Virus record (IMG/VR): IMGVR_UViG_3300020598_000119
DNA: 64,000 bases
From: a virus
Lineage: Duplodnaviria > Caudoviricetes
Strand: one strand, 5' to 3'
Below are positions 1-9,551 of the stretch, piece by piece (position 1 is the stretch's first letter; every line of letters begins with the position of its first letter). Below the pieces are notes generated by a model. The model made no database searches. It had not been told where the DNA came from and was given only the letters and a program-made list of their open reading frames with translations. The position numbers and the translations under genes are program-made.

Positions 1-343
1 TGGTGAAGGCGCAAGCAAGTTGCTTGCCGCAGGCAGGGGAGTAAAAATTGAATACTCCACGACGCCTATTTCCAAGAAGAAGGACCTCGTCGTCCTTAGA
101 CTTAGCGGAAAGTCCGTTTGCGGAACGAAAACAGGATGCCCTGTCCGAGTTGTCAAGCAAACCGATGGAAAATGGAATGCGATCCTCAGCTCATCGACAA
201 TGAAAGACGCGTCTCGCATTATTACTGAACGAGACGGGTACAACGATATAATTTTGGAAACCTCGAAGGGGTTTGCAGCTTATGGGTGGAATGGCTCCGT
301 CTACACAGTTGCCGACCGAATTGAGTCCAATCGGAAGGAGTAG
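1..343 (+). CDS. Hypothetical protein, probably 5'-truncated by the window edge; co-oriented with the transfer genes
   Basis: ORF track 20..343; ends 6 nt before the next ATG, with an AAGGAG RBS overlapping its end. Confidence 0.6.
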   Translation, partial: GEGASKLLAAGRGVKIEYSTTPISKKKDLVVLRLSGKSVCGTKTGCPVRVVKQTDGKWNAILSSSTMKDASRIITERDGYNDIILETSKGFAAYGWNGSVYTVADRIESNRKE

Positions 344-349
344 TCGAAA

Positions 350-1291
350 ATGAAAAAGACATTTGTGCTTTCTCTGGCTCTTGCATCAACAATGATGTTT
401 TCCTCAGCGGCGAACGCGGACGAACTTCGCGCAAAGTTACTGAATTTCGAACGACAAACCGACCTCCCTGTTTCCGCTGAAAGCGTTCAGTCAACATGGT
501 CACAGTTGGTAGCCATGGGTACCAATCAGTTCCTCGGCGGCACAATTGGCGGGTTCAAGCTTGATGAATCTTCTATGATTGCGGGCGCTATGACTGTTGG
601 GACCTCAGAATTCGACAATTTTCTCAGAACAGGAAAGCTGAATTCTTCAAACCCGAATATCGGAAGCATTCTAAGTGAAGCGATGTCAAAAGGCGCTGGG
701 TTTAACCTATCCTCTTTTATCAATAGTTACACCCCCAATGGGGGGATGCTTGGGTCTCAATCTACCGCCAATTTTTCGAATTCCTCGGGTGCGACAGGCG
801 TCGACGGAACCTGTGAACCTGAAATCGCTCAAGGCCTGGTCGATCAAGCAAACAAGCATGTCAATGATATTGTCTCGGTTGCATCCAGTGACGAATTCGG
901 TTTCAGCAGTATAGCACAGACCACTGGAGGCATGACGGGCTTTGCAGGGATGAGTTGCCTTGACAAGCTCTTCCAGAATGCTGGCGCAGACATTCTCTTC
1001 AAACCCCCATCGCTCGGAAATCTCTCCAATCAGCTGCAAAACTGGTCCTGTAATGCAGCCGTTCCAGTGGCAGAACAGGTTGCTGGAGCATTCGGCAACG
1101 ATGCTTTCCAGACCGCCGACTACGGCGGTTTTATGCCTGAAATGACGATGTCGGACGCCCAGACGGGAAATCCGTTTAATAATCCGAAGTCGAATGCAGA
1201 GACGGTTTACGGCGCTAAATTTGCTAAATTCGACGCTCTAAATGACAATGACATTAATTCAAGAGCTTCACTGAGCAAGCTGTTTCGGTGA
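350..1291 (+). CDS. Exported conjugation-associated protein (possibly TraV-like)
   Basis: Signal peptide MKKTFVLSLALASTMMFSSAANA; Cys pair SCLDKLF...WSCNAA; immediately upstream of a TraW/IcmX-like gene. Confidence 0.55.
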   Translation: MKKTFVLSLALASTMMFSSAANADELRAKLLNFERQTDLPVSAESVQSTWSQLVAMGTNQFLGGTIGGFKLDESSMIAGAMTVGTSEFDNFLRTGKLNSSNPNIGSILSEAMSKGAGFNLSSFINSYTPNGGMLGSQSTANFSNSSGATGVDGTCEPEIAQGLVDQANKHVNDIVSVASSDEFGFSSIAQTTGGMTGFAGMSCLDKLFQNAGADILFKPPSLGNLSNQLQNWSCNAAVPVAEQVAGAFGNDAFQTADYGGFMPEMTMSDAQTGNPFNNPKSNAETVYGAKFAKFDALNDNDINSRASLSKLFR

Positions 1292-1315
1292 TTATTGGAT
1301 AAAAGGAGGCATATA

Positions 1316-2542
1316 ATGCTAAAGAAGATAATTGGTTTGTCACTCGTTGCTTCCCTCGGAATGGCGTCCACCGCTTTTGCCCAGTCGACGGGTACGACAG
1401 GTGGTTCTAATCAGCCAAATCAATCGAATCCGGCAGGTCTGGGCACGTCACTGAGTGTTGACTTCCAAACGGCCGGAAGCAGTTGTTGCGGCAAATATTA
1501 TGACCACAGCAATGCCAACGGCAACGCGAAGAATCTGGCCAACCATTTCAGCCAGAAGTTGGCGGCCATGCAACTCGCGATCATCGAAGCAATGAAGCTC
1601 TCGACTGGTCAGCTCTCGGGTAATCTGCGCGAACAGAGCGGCGCAGAACATACACTTGCAGACCAGCAGGACGACCGTGCGACGGTTAAGTCGATTGAGC
1701 AGGCTCGTATTGACGCAATTCGTGATGCTGAATCAGGTTCCAACTCTTGCCGCGTGATCACCGGATCTCGTGGTGGTGCCGCTGGTAAAGGCGCGAAGAA
1801 ATATGCCCGCCAGCTTGCTGTTGAGGTTGATAAGTTCCTCTTGGGTCAGGAAGGCCCTTCCAAGGGCGGCAGGGACGTCGCGATTTCCGCTCGTCTGGGA
1901 GCGCACTGCAAATACGCCTCCCAAACGGATGTGGATTTGGGTCTTTGTTCGGCCGTTGGCGAAAAACCAAATGCGGATATAAGCGCGGCTGAATCGGTTT
2001 TCTATCAAGAAGATGGTGCAGTTTCGACATATACCCCTGAAAGAGAAGCTGCATCTAAGCTCTTTGTGATCAACGCATTTGCAGGCTCCCCTCTGACGGA
2101 GTTAGAACACAGGAAGGCGAGTGACGGCCCAGAACAGTTTGCGAAGAATATCAGCTACGCTAGTCGTTCTGCCATCGCCACCAGCGTCGCTTCTGACTAT
2201 GTTGGCAATCGCGTGGCGCAAAAGGACAAAAAACTTCTCGACTGGGCGCAGGGTAGCGTGCAAAAGATGCCAGGATTCCAGAATGCTGACTTTGACAATG
2301 CCGGAATCAGCAATCACGATTGGATGAAAATCATGTCGAGAAATTTCCTCCTCGACTCCGAACGCCTCGGCGCTTGTGATAAAACTTCGACAAATGCGTT
2401 GAAGTGCATCAAGAACATGGTCGCTGTTCAGACATATATGCAGTTTGAGTCCTATGAAATGCTCGAAAAAATCGGGTTCATTCTTGCAAACCAGCTTTCT
2501 ATTATGAATGACAACACCCGAAAGGAAATTTCCCTCCGATAA
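1316..2542 (+). CDS. TraW/IcmX-like periplasmic type IVB secretion protein
   Basis: AGGAGG RBS before ATG 1316; signal peptide ending AFA; C-terminal helix LKCIKNMVAVQTYMQFESYEMLEKIGFILA resembles the IcmX/TraW C-terminus. Confidence 0.55.
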   Translation: MLKKIIGLSLVASLGMASTAFAQSTGTTGGSNQPNQSNPAGLGTSLSVDFQTAGSSCCGKYYDHSNANGNAKNLANHFSQKLAAMQLAIIEAMKLSTGQLSGNLREQSGAEHTLADQQDDRATVKSIEQARIDAIRDAESGSNSCRVITGSRGGAAGKGAKKYARQLAVEVDKFLLGQEGPSKGGRDVAISARLGAHCKYASQTDVDLGLCSAVGEKPNADISAAESVFYQEDGAVSTYTPEREAASKLFVINAFAGSPLTELEHRKASDGPEQFAKNISYASRSAIATSVASDYVGNRVAQKDKKLLDWAQGSVQKMPGFQNADFDNAGISNHDWMKIMSRNFLLDSERLGACDKTSTNALKCIKNMVAVQTYMQFESYEMLEKIGFILANQLSIMNDNTRKEISLR

Positions 2543-2558
2543 TTGGAGGGAAATTTCC
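2524..2558. repeat. Perfect 14-bp inverted repeat (terminator or operator)
   Basis: GGAAATTTCCCTCC-gataatt-GGAGGGAAATTTCC spanning the stop codon of the TraW-like gene. Confidence 0.7.
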
Positions 2559-2588
2559 GTAAAATTGCCATAATAGGAGACTGCATAA

Positions 2589-3773
2589 ATGAGACTTCCA
2601 AAGCGCGACCTTGCGGTTCAAGAAGCAATCGAAAAGACTGACGAAGAGTCTCACATCGTCAGCGGACCTCTTGATAAGTCCGCCGACAGCGATGCCGTCC
2701 ATGACGAAACTGTTGTAGTAAGCCCAGAGACACAGACCCCTACTGCTGAAGCCGCGCCCGTAAAGAGTGAGCGAGATCAGCTGATCGAAGCCGCATTCCT
2801 TGAGGCTCAAAGGGCCAAGGCCGAGGCACCGCAGGTGCCTACCGAACAGGCTACGTCAACAGAGACGCCTGCTGCAGATGAAGGGAAGCCAGAGCAGGCC
2901 CCAGAAGCTACATCGGAAGCCAGCCCTGAAGCTAAGCCTGAGGACGAACTCGACGAGAACAATCCAATTTACGCCGCATGCCTAAAGGCAGCAGGCGATT
3001 TTGGATACTCAGGCGACGCTCAGAAGCTTCGCGCGAAGGAGCTGTACCAGACAGAGGTCAAGAACAAGCAAAAGGCTCAGAAGGCCGCTGAAGCCGCCGA
3101 AAAGATGCAGCAGCAGATGGGAGGCGGCGGCGCTCCTAGTATCGCAGGTCTTCTCGCCAAGATGTTCTCCAAAACTGGAAATAGCGGAAAGGTCGCGAAA
3201 GAAGGTCTGTCGGAGCGCGTCCTGAACTATCGAGCATCCCAGTTGAACAGCAATTTCCATAGAATGTCGGACAGCATCAAAGCTCTCGACAAGGAAGTCG
3301 GCATACTCAATGAAACGTTCGGGAAAAGCCTCGGCGGCGAAGCGCTTGCTGAAATGGCCACTGCGCAAAATATCTCTGTTTCTCAGTTGGTTTCAGATAT
3401 TCAGGAAGGCAAAAACACCAGTGTTCAAGCCAAGCTGGCGCTGGACAATGCCATGAGTAATCCTGAATTCAATGCTCAGTGGGAAAACGTCACCGACGCG
3501 CGCCTGAGAATGACCGAGGCAGTTGAGAAAACCGGAGCAAGCTTTGCCAAGCTTGAGAAGAGCCACGGCGACCGCTTCGATGCGGAAGAATTCAGCCAGA
3601 AGTTCAATGCTCAACTTGACAGCCTGCAAAAAGGGAACAAACCTATTTCAGGTACAAATGAAGACAAAAATCTCGCAAAAGACTTCCAGAAGAACCTGGA
3701 TCAGGTGATGGAAAAGATGCGCAAGATCATCGCACAGGCAGTCGAAAAGGTGGTGCGAATCTTCTCCAAGTAA
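2589..3773 (+). CDS. Hypothetical coiled-coil protein with acidic disordered N-terminus
   Basis: 394-aa ORF, AGGAG RBS. Confidence 0.75.
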   Translation: MRLPKRDLAVQEAIEKTDEESHIVSGPLDKSADSDAVHDETVVVSPETQTPTAEAAPVKSERDQLIEAAFLEAQRAKAEAPQVPTEQATSTETPAADEGKPEQAPEATSEASPEAKPEDELDENNPIYAACLKAAGDFGYSGDAQKLRAKELYQTEVKNKQKAQKAAEAAEKMQQQMGGGGAPSIAGLLAKMFSKTGNSGKVAKEGLSERVLNYRASQLNSNFHRMSDSIKALDKEVGILNETFGKSLGGEALAEMATAQNISVSQLVSDIQEGKNTSVQAKLALDNAMSNPEFNAQWENVTDARLRMTEAVEKTGASFAKLEKSHGDRFDAEEFSQKFNAQLDSLQKGNKPISGTNEDKNLAKDFQKNLDQVMEKMRKIIAQAVEKVVRIFSK

Positions 3774-3784
3774 ATAGGTTTTAA

Positions 3785-5443
3785 ATGCCCGATTTATTCG
3801 TTATTGAGGCCCCAGGAAAGGCCAAGCACATACAGGAAATTCTAAAGAGCGTCGGCATCGACGCTCGTGTGCAAGCGACGAAAGGGCACCTCTACTCAAT
3901 GCCCGACAGGCTGACCCCTGTCGGGATCGACAGCGGATTTAGAGAATTCGAGCGCAAATTGCGTGAGCCTGAAATCGGCCAGCGAATCCGCGACGAAGCT
4001 GCAAATGCAGAACGCGTATTTATCGCAACGGACGCCGACGAAGAAGGCGACGTAATCGCATGGGACGTGGCAGAATTAATCGCCGATATTCAAGCACACC
4101 CACTGAGAGTTCGCCTGAGGGGAATGGATGAAGAGTCCGTCCTGGAATCTATCGAGGGCGCATCTAATGTTCTCAAGCGAGATGCCATTGCTGGCAGGAC
4201 GCGAGCCATCGTGGATCGAATGATCGGCTCGGTCTTTTCACGCGACGGGGTCGCTGTCGGCCGTGTTGGCACTGCTCTTCTCGGATTGGTTCAAAAGGAA
4301 CAGCCGCCTGTCGTCAGGCTTCGCCTGGTGGCTCCGGCCAAGGAAGGCCGCCCATGGGTCGCAGACTGCGACGTAAAGGCCCCTCTCGACTTCCAGACCG
4401 CCAAGAAGCTTGAGGCCGTGCGTTTTCCTGTTCTGGACGCTTCTGAGCGCAGCGAACGCTCCCAGGGCCGCCCAGGCAACCTTGGAGACATCATGGTGAG
4501 CGCGGGCGACAAGATGGACATGTCGCCAAAAGAAGCCGCCACCTCCATGCAACGCCTTTATGAGGCAGGAAGAGTGTCGTATCCACGCGCCAACTCTCGC
4601 GGCATCTCCAGATCAGTCCTGCGCAAGGTCGCCAAGGCCCTCCAGAAGTCTGGCTACAAGTTCGATGAGAATGTCATTCCCGACAAGCCCGACACTGACG
4701 TTCACGACGCTCCATACCCGATTGGTCGTACCGAAATCGCACGTGATCCAGTTAAGCAGGGACACGACGAAGGCCTTCGCACTCTCATCGCCCGAGACAT
4801 GATCAAGAGCGGCCAGGTTCACGAGCTTCAGTTTGGCGTTGGCGAGCGGGCTGGCACCCATCTGAAGAAGCTAGGATTCAGTGAAGAGGTCGCGACCTAC
4901 GTATCGAACCTGGAATGGCGTCGGGAAATTGGCCCGCAGTACCCCGGTCAGGAAACTTGGCCAGAGAGCAAGGTTACCGTTCGCCGTGCCGACACAGTGC
5001 TTTTGCAGCATGCAGTCGAAGCTGGACTGGGCAAACCATCGACCTGGGCAAACCACATCGACAAGTTCATGAGCCGGGGCCTCGTCGACGAGGATCTCAA
5101 CCTGACTCGCAAAGGCAAGGAATGGATCGCAGCCAGCCCCCCTGCCCTTCTCGACCCGCGCATCTCTGCCGCCATCGAGCAAGCCTGTGATCGCGTCCTG
5201 AAGGGAATGATGGACGATCCAGACCGTGAGCCATGGGAAATCCTCTCGGAAAAAATCATCAACGCACTTCCGGATCAGCTGAAAAAGCCTTTGATGAACG
5301 CCGTTGAGAAAACACCCCCTCATCCGAAACCAGACCCAATTGCTCCATACAGGGAAACGGTCGGTTTGGAGAACATCCTCGAAAACGCCAAGGACAGGGC
5401 CTTCAATTACGGCCCACGTGGACCAGAAGCTCCATCCCAGTAA
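3785..5443 (+). CDS. Type IA DNA topoisomerase (compact, plasmid type)
   Basis: TOPRIM motifs VIEAPGK, ATKGHL, IATDADEEGDVIAW; GRV motif; catalytic Tyr in VSYPR; GLGKPST. Confidence 0.9.
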   Translation: MPDLFVIEAPGKAKHIQEILKSVGIDARVQATKGHLYSMPDRLTPVGIDSGFREFERKLREPEIGQRIRDEAANAERVFIATDADEEGDVIAWDVAELIADIQAHPLRVRLRGMDEESVLESIEGASNVLKRDAIAGRTRAIVDRMIGSVFSRDGVAVGRVGTALLGLVQKEQPPVVRLRLVAPAKEGRPWVADCDVKAPLDFQTAKKLEAVRFPVLDASERSERSQGRPGNLGDIMVSAGDKMDMSPKEAATSMQRLYEAGRVSYPRANSRGISRSVLRKVAKALQKSGYKFDENVIPDKPDTDVHDAPYPIGRTEIARDPVKQGHDEGLRTLIARDMIKSGQVHELQFGVGERAGTHLKKLGFSEEVATYVSNLEWRREIGPQYPGQETWPESKVTVRRADTVLLQHAVEAGLGKPSTWANHIDKFMSRGLVDEDLNLTRKGKEWIAASPPALLDPRISAAIEQACDRVLKGMMDDPDREPWEILSEKIINALPDQLKKPLMNAVEKTPPHPKPDPIAPYRETVGLENILENAKDRAFNYGPRGPEAPSQ

Positions 5444-5466
5444 GTTCTCGGGCGTCTCTCGATCTA

Positions 5467-5498
5467 TTAAAAGGCCGAATAAGATTTCGGCCTTTTAA
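5467..5498. terminator. Bidirectional rho-independent terminator
   Basis: TTAAAAGGCCGAA-N6-TTCGGCCTTTTAA between convergent genes. Confidence 0.8.
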
Positions 5499-5514
5499 AG
5501 GAATATTTTCGACA

Positions 5515-6066
5515 TTAAGTATCGAGTGTGTGGCAGGGAGTTAGTGCATTTTCTCGCAATTCAATCAGGGCGTCAGCCTTCGCAGCCGCCTCGCTTGAAG
5601 TCGCACCGAATGAAACCGGAATATTGGAATAAAGCAGAGTCCAATTTCCGCCAGGAAGATGGGGCCGACGAACCAGCATCAGCGGATAATCTTTATCAAA
5701 ATATGTGAAAGGGCCGCCTTCAGGACCGTTCCAGAAGTCAGGTGCGCCTACGCCGTCTTGATGCTTGTGCTCAGGTAACTGCAAAGGCGCAAATTCAAGC
5801 GCTTGGTCGACAAGCCTGTTCAATCTGCCCGCAATTGAGGTCAGATCGCCACCACTGGAAAGGAAATAGGACACGTAATCCATCGCGCTTGAAGCGACCG
5901 TCAATCTTGCAGCCGTAGAGAGACGCGAATCCCAAAGGGCAGCACGATCTGCCGAGGCCGAAATTGCACGTGAAAGAAAATCACCAAATTGCTTTGATTC
6001 TGGTATTTCTTCCGAAATGGCAGCTATTTCCGCCAGGATTTTATCTATTTTGGTTTTTATATTCAT
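5515..6066 (-). CDS. Hypothetical protein
   Basis: ORF with GGAGG RBS before ATG 6066. Confidence 0.7.
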   Translation of the reverse strand: MNIKTKIDKILAEIAAISEEIPESKQFGDFLSRAISASADRAALWDSRLSTAARLTVASSAMDYVSYFLSSGGDLTSIAGRLNRLVDQALEFAPLQLPEHKHQDGVGAPDFWNGPEGGPFTYFDKDYPLMLVRRPHLPGGNWTLLYSNIPVSFGATSSEAAAKADALIELRENALTPCHTLDT

Positions 6067-6135
6067 ATGTTTAGGGCCTCCGAAGACCAAGTATGTGGTC
6101 AGCGGAAGCCCTAAACAAGCGTATTTATAGCCGAA

Positions 6136-7062
6136 TTATGCAGTCCGCCGCATTAATTCAGGATAGTGATTGGCCGGAGCCGGATCAGGCCGAGTTTCAT
6201 GAACTTGATCCACCAACTGACGGCGGACCTGTTCGCTCATATCGACAGGAGAGAGTTGCTCCTCGGATGTAGTTGCCTCCGATTTCACTGGCTCGTCGAT
6301 TTCGGCCGTTTGCACTGGCTCGGTGCCTGATGCCGAATTCTCATCATGGTTTTCAGCCAGAGCCTTGCGAGCCTCTTCTTCGGCCTTATCCCTCTCGATA
6401 TCCAACCCCAAACGATTTGTGATCAATCGGGCGAAGTCCCGCGCCTTCCCATCAATGAGAGGAGTATATTTCGGGTCATGCCCATCGGCCATGTCGCTAA
6501 AGGACTGGATGTAGGGAAACACCTCCGGCAAAAGAATACCCATCCTGTCCCAACGATGGATCATTTCCCGAATGCGCGGTTTACTCTCCAGAGCGTGCCG
6601 CTTACGGGCTTCTCCCGGCCACTTGTTCAAGACGATAAAGATATCCTTCTTTATCCCCTTTGTTTCGAAGTAGTTCGCCAACTCGAAATAATCCGCCTCC
6701 GCGACCTGCATCTCCTCAGCGCCAGATCCTGTTGGGATCAGGATCATGTCACAGAGTTCAGAAACGACGAAGTCGATGTTGCGGCGATTGGCTCCGCCGT
6801 CGACGACCATCACGGAATTGGGCACCGCCTCCATATAAGTCAGAATTGGCACCATGATGTCTTTAATGTCCCTACTCTGAGGGACGCTCGCGAGCATATA
6901 CTTCCGCGCATCAACCCATTCTGGTGGCCGAGCAGTGCGGACGTCCGTCATCATCATCACAGAGAAGCCGCCCATGTACATCACCCCATGAGCCAGCAGG
7001 TGCGATAGCAAAGATTTGCCAGAGCCACCCTTACGTCCCAAGATACCAACGATGCTGGTCAT
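6136..7062 (-). CDS. parA: ParA-family Walker-type partition ATPase (type Ib-like, no N-terminal HTH)
   Basis: Deviant Walker A RKGGSGKS at the N-terminus; Walker B VVDGG; ILIPT; VLNK. Confidence 0.85.
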   Translation of the reverse strand: MTSIVGILGRKGGSGKSLLSHLLAHGVMYMGGFSVMMMTDVRTARPPEWVDARKYMLASVPQSRDIKDIMVPILTYMEAVPNSVMVVDGGANRRNIDFVVSELCDMILIPTGSGAEEMQVAEADYFELANYFETKGIKKDIFIVLNKWPGEARKRHALESKPRIREMIHRWDRMGILLPEVFPYIQSFSDMADGHDPKYTPLIDGKARDFARLITNRLGLDIERDKAEEEARKALAENHDENSASGTEPVQTAEIDEPVKSEATTSEEQLSPVDMSEQVRRQLVDQVHETRPDPAPANHYPELMRRTA

Positions 7063-7073
7063 CTTATTTCCTT

Positions 7074-7658
7074 TCAAGGTGTTTGAACGTGAAGGCCCAA
7101 ACCATCATCCGTAGGCACGACTTGATCGTCTTTCATATTTGCCTTCGCGTAAGCGATCATGTGGCGAAGGATTTCTGACGTCGGAACTCGCCGATCCAAG
7201 CGAATGGCTTCGGTTCGCGACAGTCGTGCGATCAATTGATGATCGCTGTCATCCAGAGAATATGACTTCTCCGACTTTGTCTTGGTCCTTTTGGCTGGCG
7301 TTGCCACAGGCGCTTCCGGCACAGAAACCGATGCCCTGTCTTCCACCGGAACCTGTTGCTGAACGACGGGAGCCTGATGCTCCACTCGGGCCTGTGGCGC
7401 AGGCGGCTGAACAGTTTGCGGGGCCGGAACAGATTGACCAATAGTCTCGGCCGCCGCCATCTCCGTCATGCGTTGCAGCTCGGCGATTGTGCCACCAGGC
7501 GTGGCGTCTGGATAATGCTGTGCCTGCCGCATACGCTCGGCCAGGCCCGAGTTCAGTATGTCCAGCTTCGACTTGGGTTTTTCACGATTCATGAACGCAC
7601 TCTTCTTGTCGGAAGAGGTTAGCTGGTTCGTCGCAAGTGTTTGGCTGTTGCCGCTCAT
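7074..7658 (-). CDS. Ribbon-helix-helix DNA-binding protein with long disordered N-terminus (ParG/omega-like centromere-binding candidate)
   Basis: C-terminal KSYSLDDSDHQLIARLSR...VPTSEILRHMI fits the RHH strand-helix-helix pattern; directly upstream of parA; GGAGGGAAGG RBS before ATG 7658. Confidence 0.65.
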   Translation of the reverse strand: MSGNSQTLATNQLTSSDKKSAFMNREKPKSKLDILNSGLAERMRQAQHYPDATPGGTIAELQRMTEMAAAETIGQSVPAPQTVQPPAPQARVEHQAPVVQQQVPVEDRASVSVPEAPVATPAKRTKTKSEKSYSLDDSDHQLIARLSRTEAIRLDRRVPTSEILRHMIAYAKANMKDDQVVPTDDGLGLHVQTP

Positions 7659-7754
7659 AACGAGCCTTCCCTCCATTTTTGTTTCACCCGAATCAAAAGG
7701 CCGATCCTCACATTTCAAATACCGCGAATTCCCCGCTATGAGAATCCCAATTGG

Positions 7755-7770
7755 TTAACAAATTATTAAC
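7755..7770. promoter_or_regulatory. CtrA-binding box
   Basis: TTAA-CAAATTA-TTAAC; matches TTAA-N7-TTAAC on both strands; adjacent GANTC at 7742-7746. Confidence 0.6.
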
Positions 7771-9551
7771 CTCACAAGCTCCGAAGTTGTGTGGCGACCA
7801 GTTTAGCAATGTAACACGTTGATTTTATGTGCGTTTGCTAGACCGATAAAATATCATTCAATCACTAAGACAAACTGCGAAACTGAGGGTTTGCGTCATT
7901 TGCAACCTGTTAACTGGGCAGAATCACAAACTGCGAATCTGCCAATCTCCGAAGCGATCATTCGCACAAACCAGCAATCACACATTCCATTTGATTGGCA
8001 ATTGGCCAGTCTCTGATTTTGTCATTCTACTCTCTTGTCAAACTGGCAAAATCCAAACCTGATAGTTTGCGTTTCTGTGAAACTAACAGATTGGCAGTTT
8101 CTCATTTTCGGGGTTTGACAGGCTACGTCTATACCATTTTCCCAGACACACAGACTGCCACCCTGCCCTTCTGCCAAACAGATAGCCTCGTAGCCCGAGC
8201 TTTTCTTAAACAGACAGCATACCAACTTGTCAAAAAATCAAACTTGAAAAGACGCAAAATGACCGCCTATCAAACTACCAACCTGTCAGTTTCGTTGGCG
8301 GGCAGAATGCCAAACCCGCAATATGCGAGATTGCTAACCTACCACTCGGCTAATCTGCCAGGTTCATCGAGACGAAACCTCATAAACTGGCCGAACAACA
8401 CCCCCCTGCTCTGTCAAACTGGTAGTCTGTTAGTTTGTGCATCACACACAGACCGGAACAGATCAATCGTAACCTATCGAAGCTGCGATAGCTAACGCCT
8501 TGTTTTTATTGAATTTGCTAGTTTGATAGTTTGACAAGTTGATCATAATTATCAGGCATTCGAGGGCACAGGCCTGAGGGTTCATCGGGTCAGCGCTCCT
8601 TTCATGAGCAGGCCTTACATTTTATCAAACTGTGATGAATTCCAGCAGTCAAACTATCAAATTGACAATGACCGCAGCTATCAGTCTCTCCGGTTGAGAG
8701 GCCCGCAAATTGCCAATCTGCGGAACAACACAACGATCAAACAGCGAAACCAGCATACAAGCAGTTTCACAATCAGGCAGTTTCCCAAATACCCCGTTTG
8801 CCAAACTATCATTTTATCAACTTGAGACATTAGCAGGCTGACACTCGAACAATTTTGGAATTTCCCAAAGGCACTGCTTATGAAACCAACCGACTGATTT
8901 CTTGGCAGGCAAACAGCCTCCCAGACTATCAGACAGACACTTTTGCACTCTGGTAAGTTCTCATCCTGCTAGCTTGATGAGTTGGCAAAGGCGGTTTTTG
9001 GTTGTCTGTGGGAATGTGTGACTGCTTTTCTCGCACTCTGTGATTTTAATAGTCGACCAGTTTCGTAAGGTCCAAAACTGGCAAAATGAAAGGCTACCAA
9101 GATGGCAGTTTGATCTCCTCTCAATCCGACAGGCCAACAGCTTCACAAGCAAACATTCTGCTGAACTGGCATTTTGCAAAACCCGTTTACAGACACTTTG
9201 CCAAACAGTGAGCCTAGCTAAGGGTCGCACGCACAAAGTGCCACTCTGACAATCTGATAGTTTAAGAGCTTACCAGGGTGCCATTTTGGCATTCTGAGAG
9301 AAGCAATGATTGCATGTGACCCAAAGATGTCCTCGATCCGAAAAGGCGATCAATGAGAACGTCTACGATTGAAAGGAATGAACGCTTGGCGTTCTCTTAC
9401 GACGCGACGCGCGATAAGCGTTGCCATATCGTTCTTGGAGAATACACGGCGAAAGCGAAATCCGAGCGCTCCACACAAACTATCAGACTAACAGGTTGCC
9501 TGCTTCCCAGTTTGCCCGATTGGCAAACTAACATTCCGACAAACTGAGGCT
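7755..9551. repeat. Degenerate 8-bp-period tandem array (consensus YTGNCAR-N) in three phased blocks; candidate centromere or origin
   Basis: Blocks 7755-8546, 8614-9301 and 9472-9551 each keep one register, e.g. 8411 ctgtcaaa ctggtagt ctgttagt; 8515 ttgctagt ttgatagt ttgacaag; 9480 ctatcaga ctaacagg ttgcctgc ttcccagt ttgcccga ttggcaaa. Confidence 0.9.

Noticed and set aside
7755-9551. CRISPR array or classical iterons as the explanation for the repeats
   Set aside because: No conserved 23-47-bp repeat with unique spacers, no cas genes and no 17-22-bp identical iterons; the units are contiguous degenerate 8-mers
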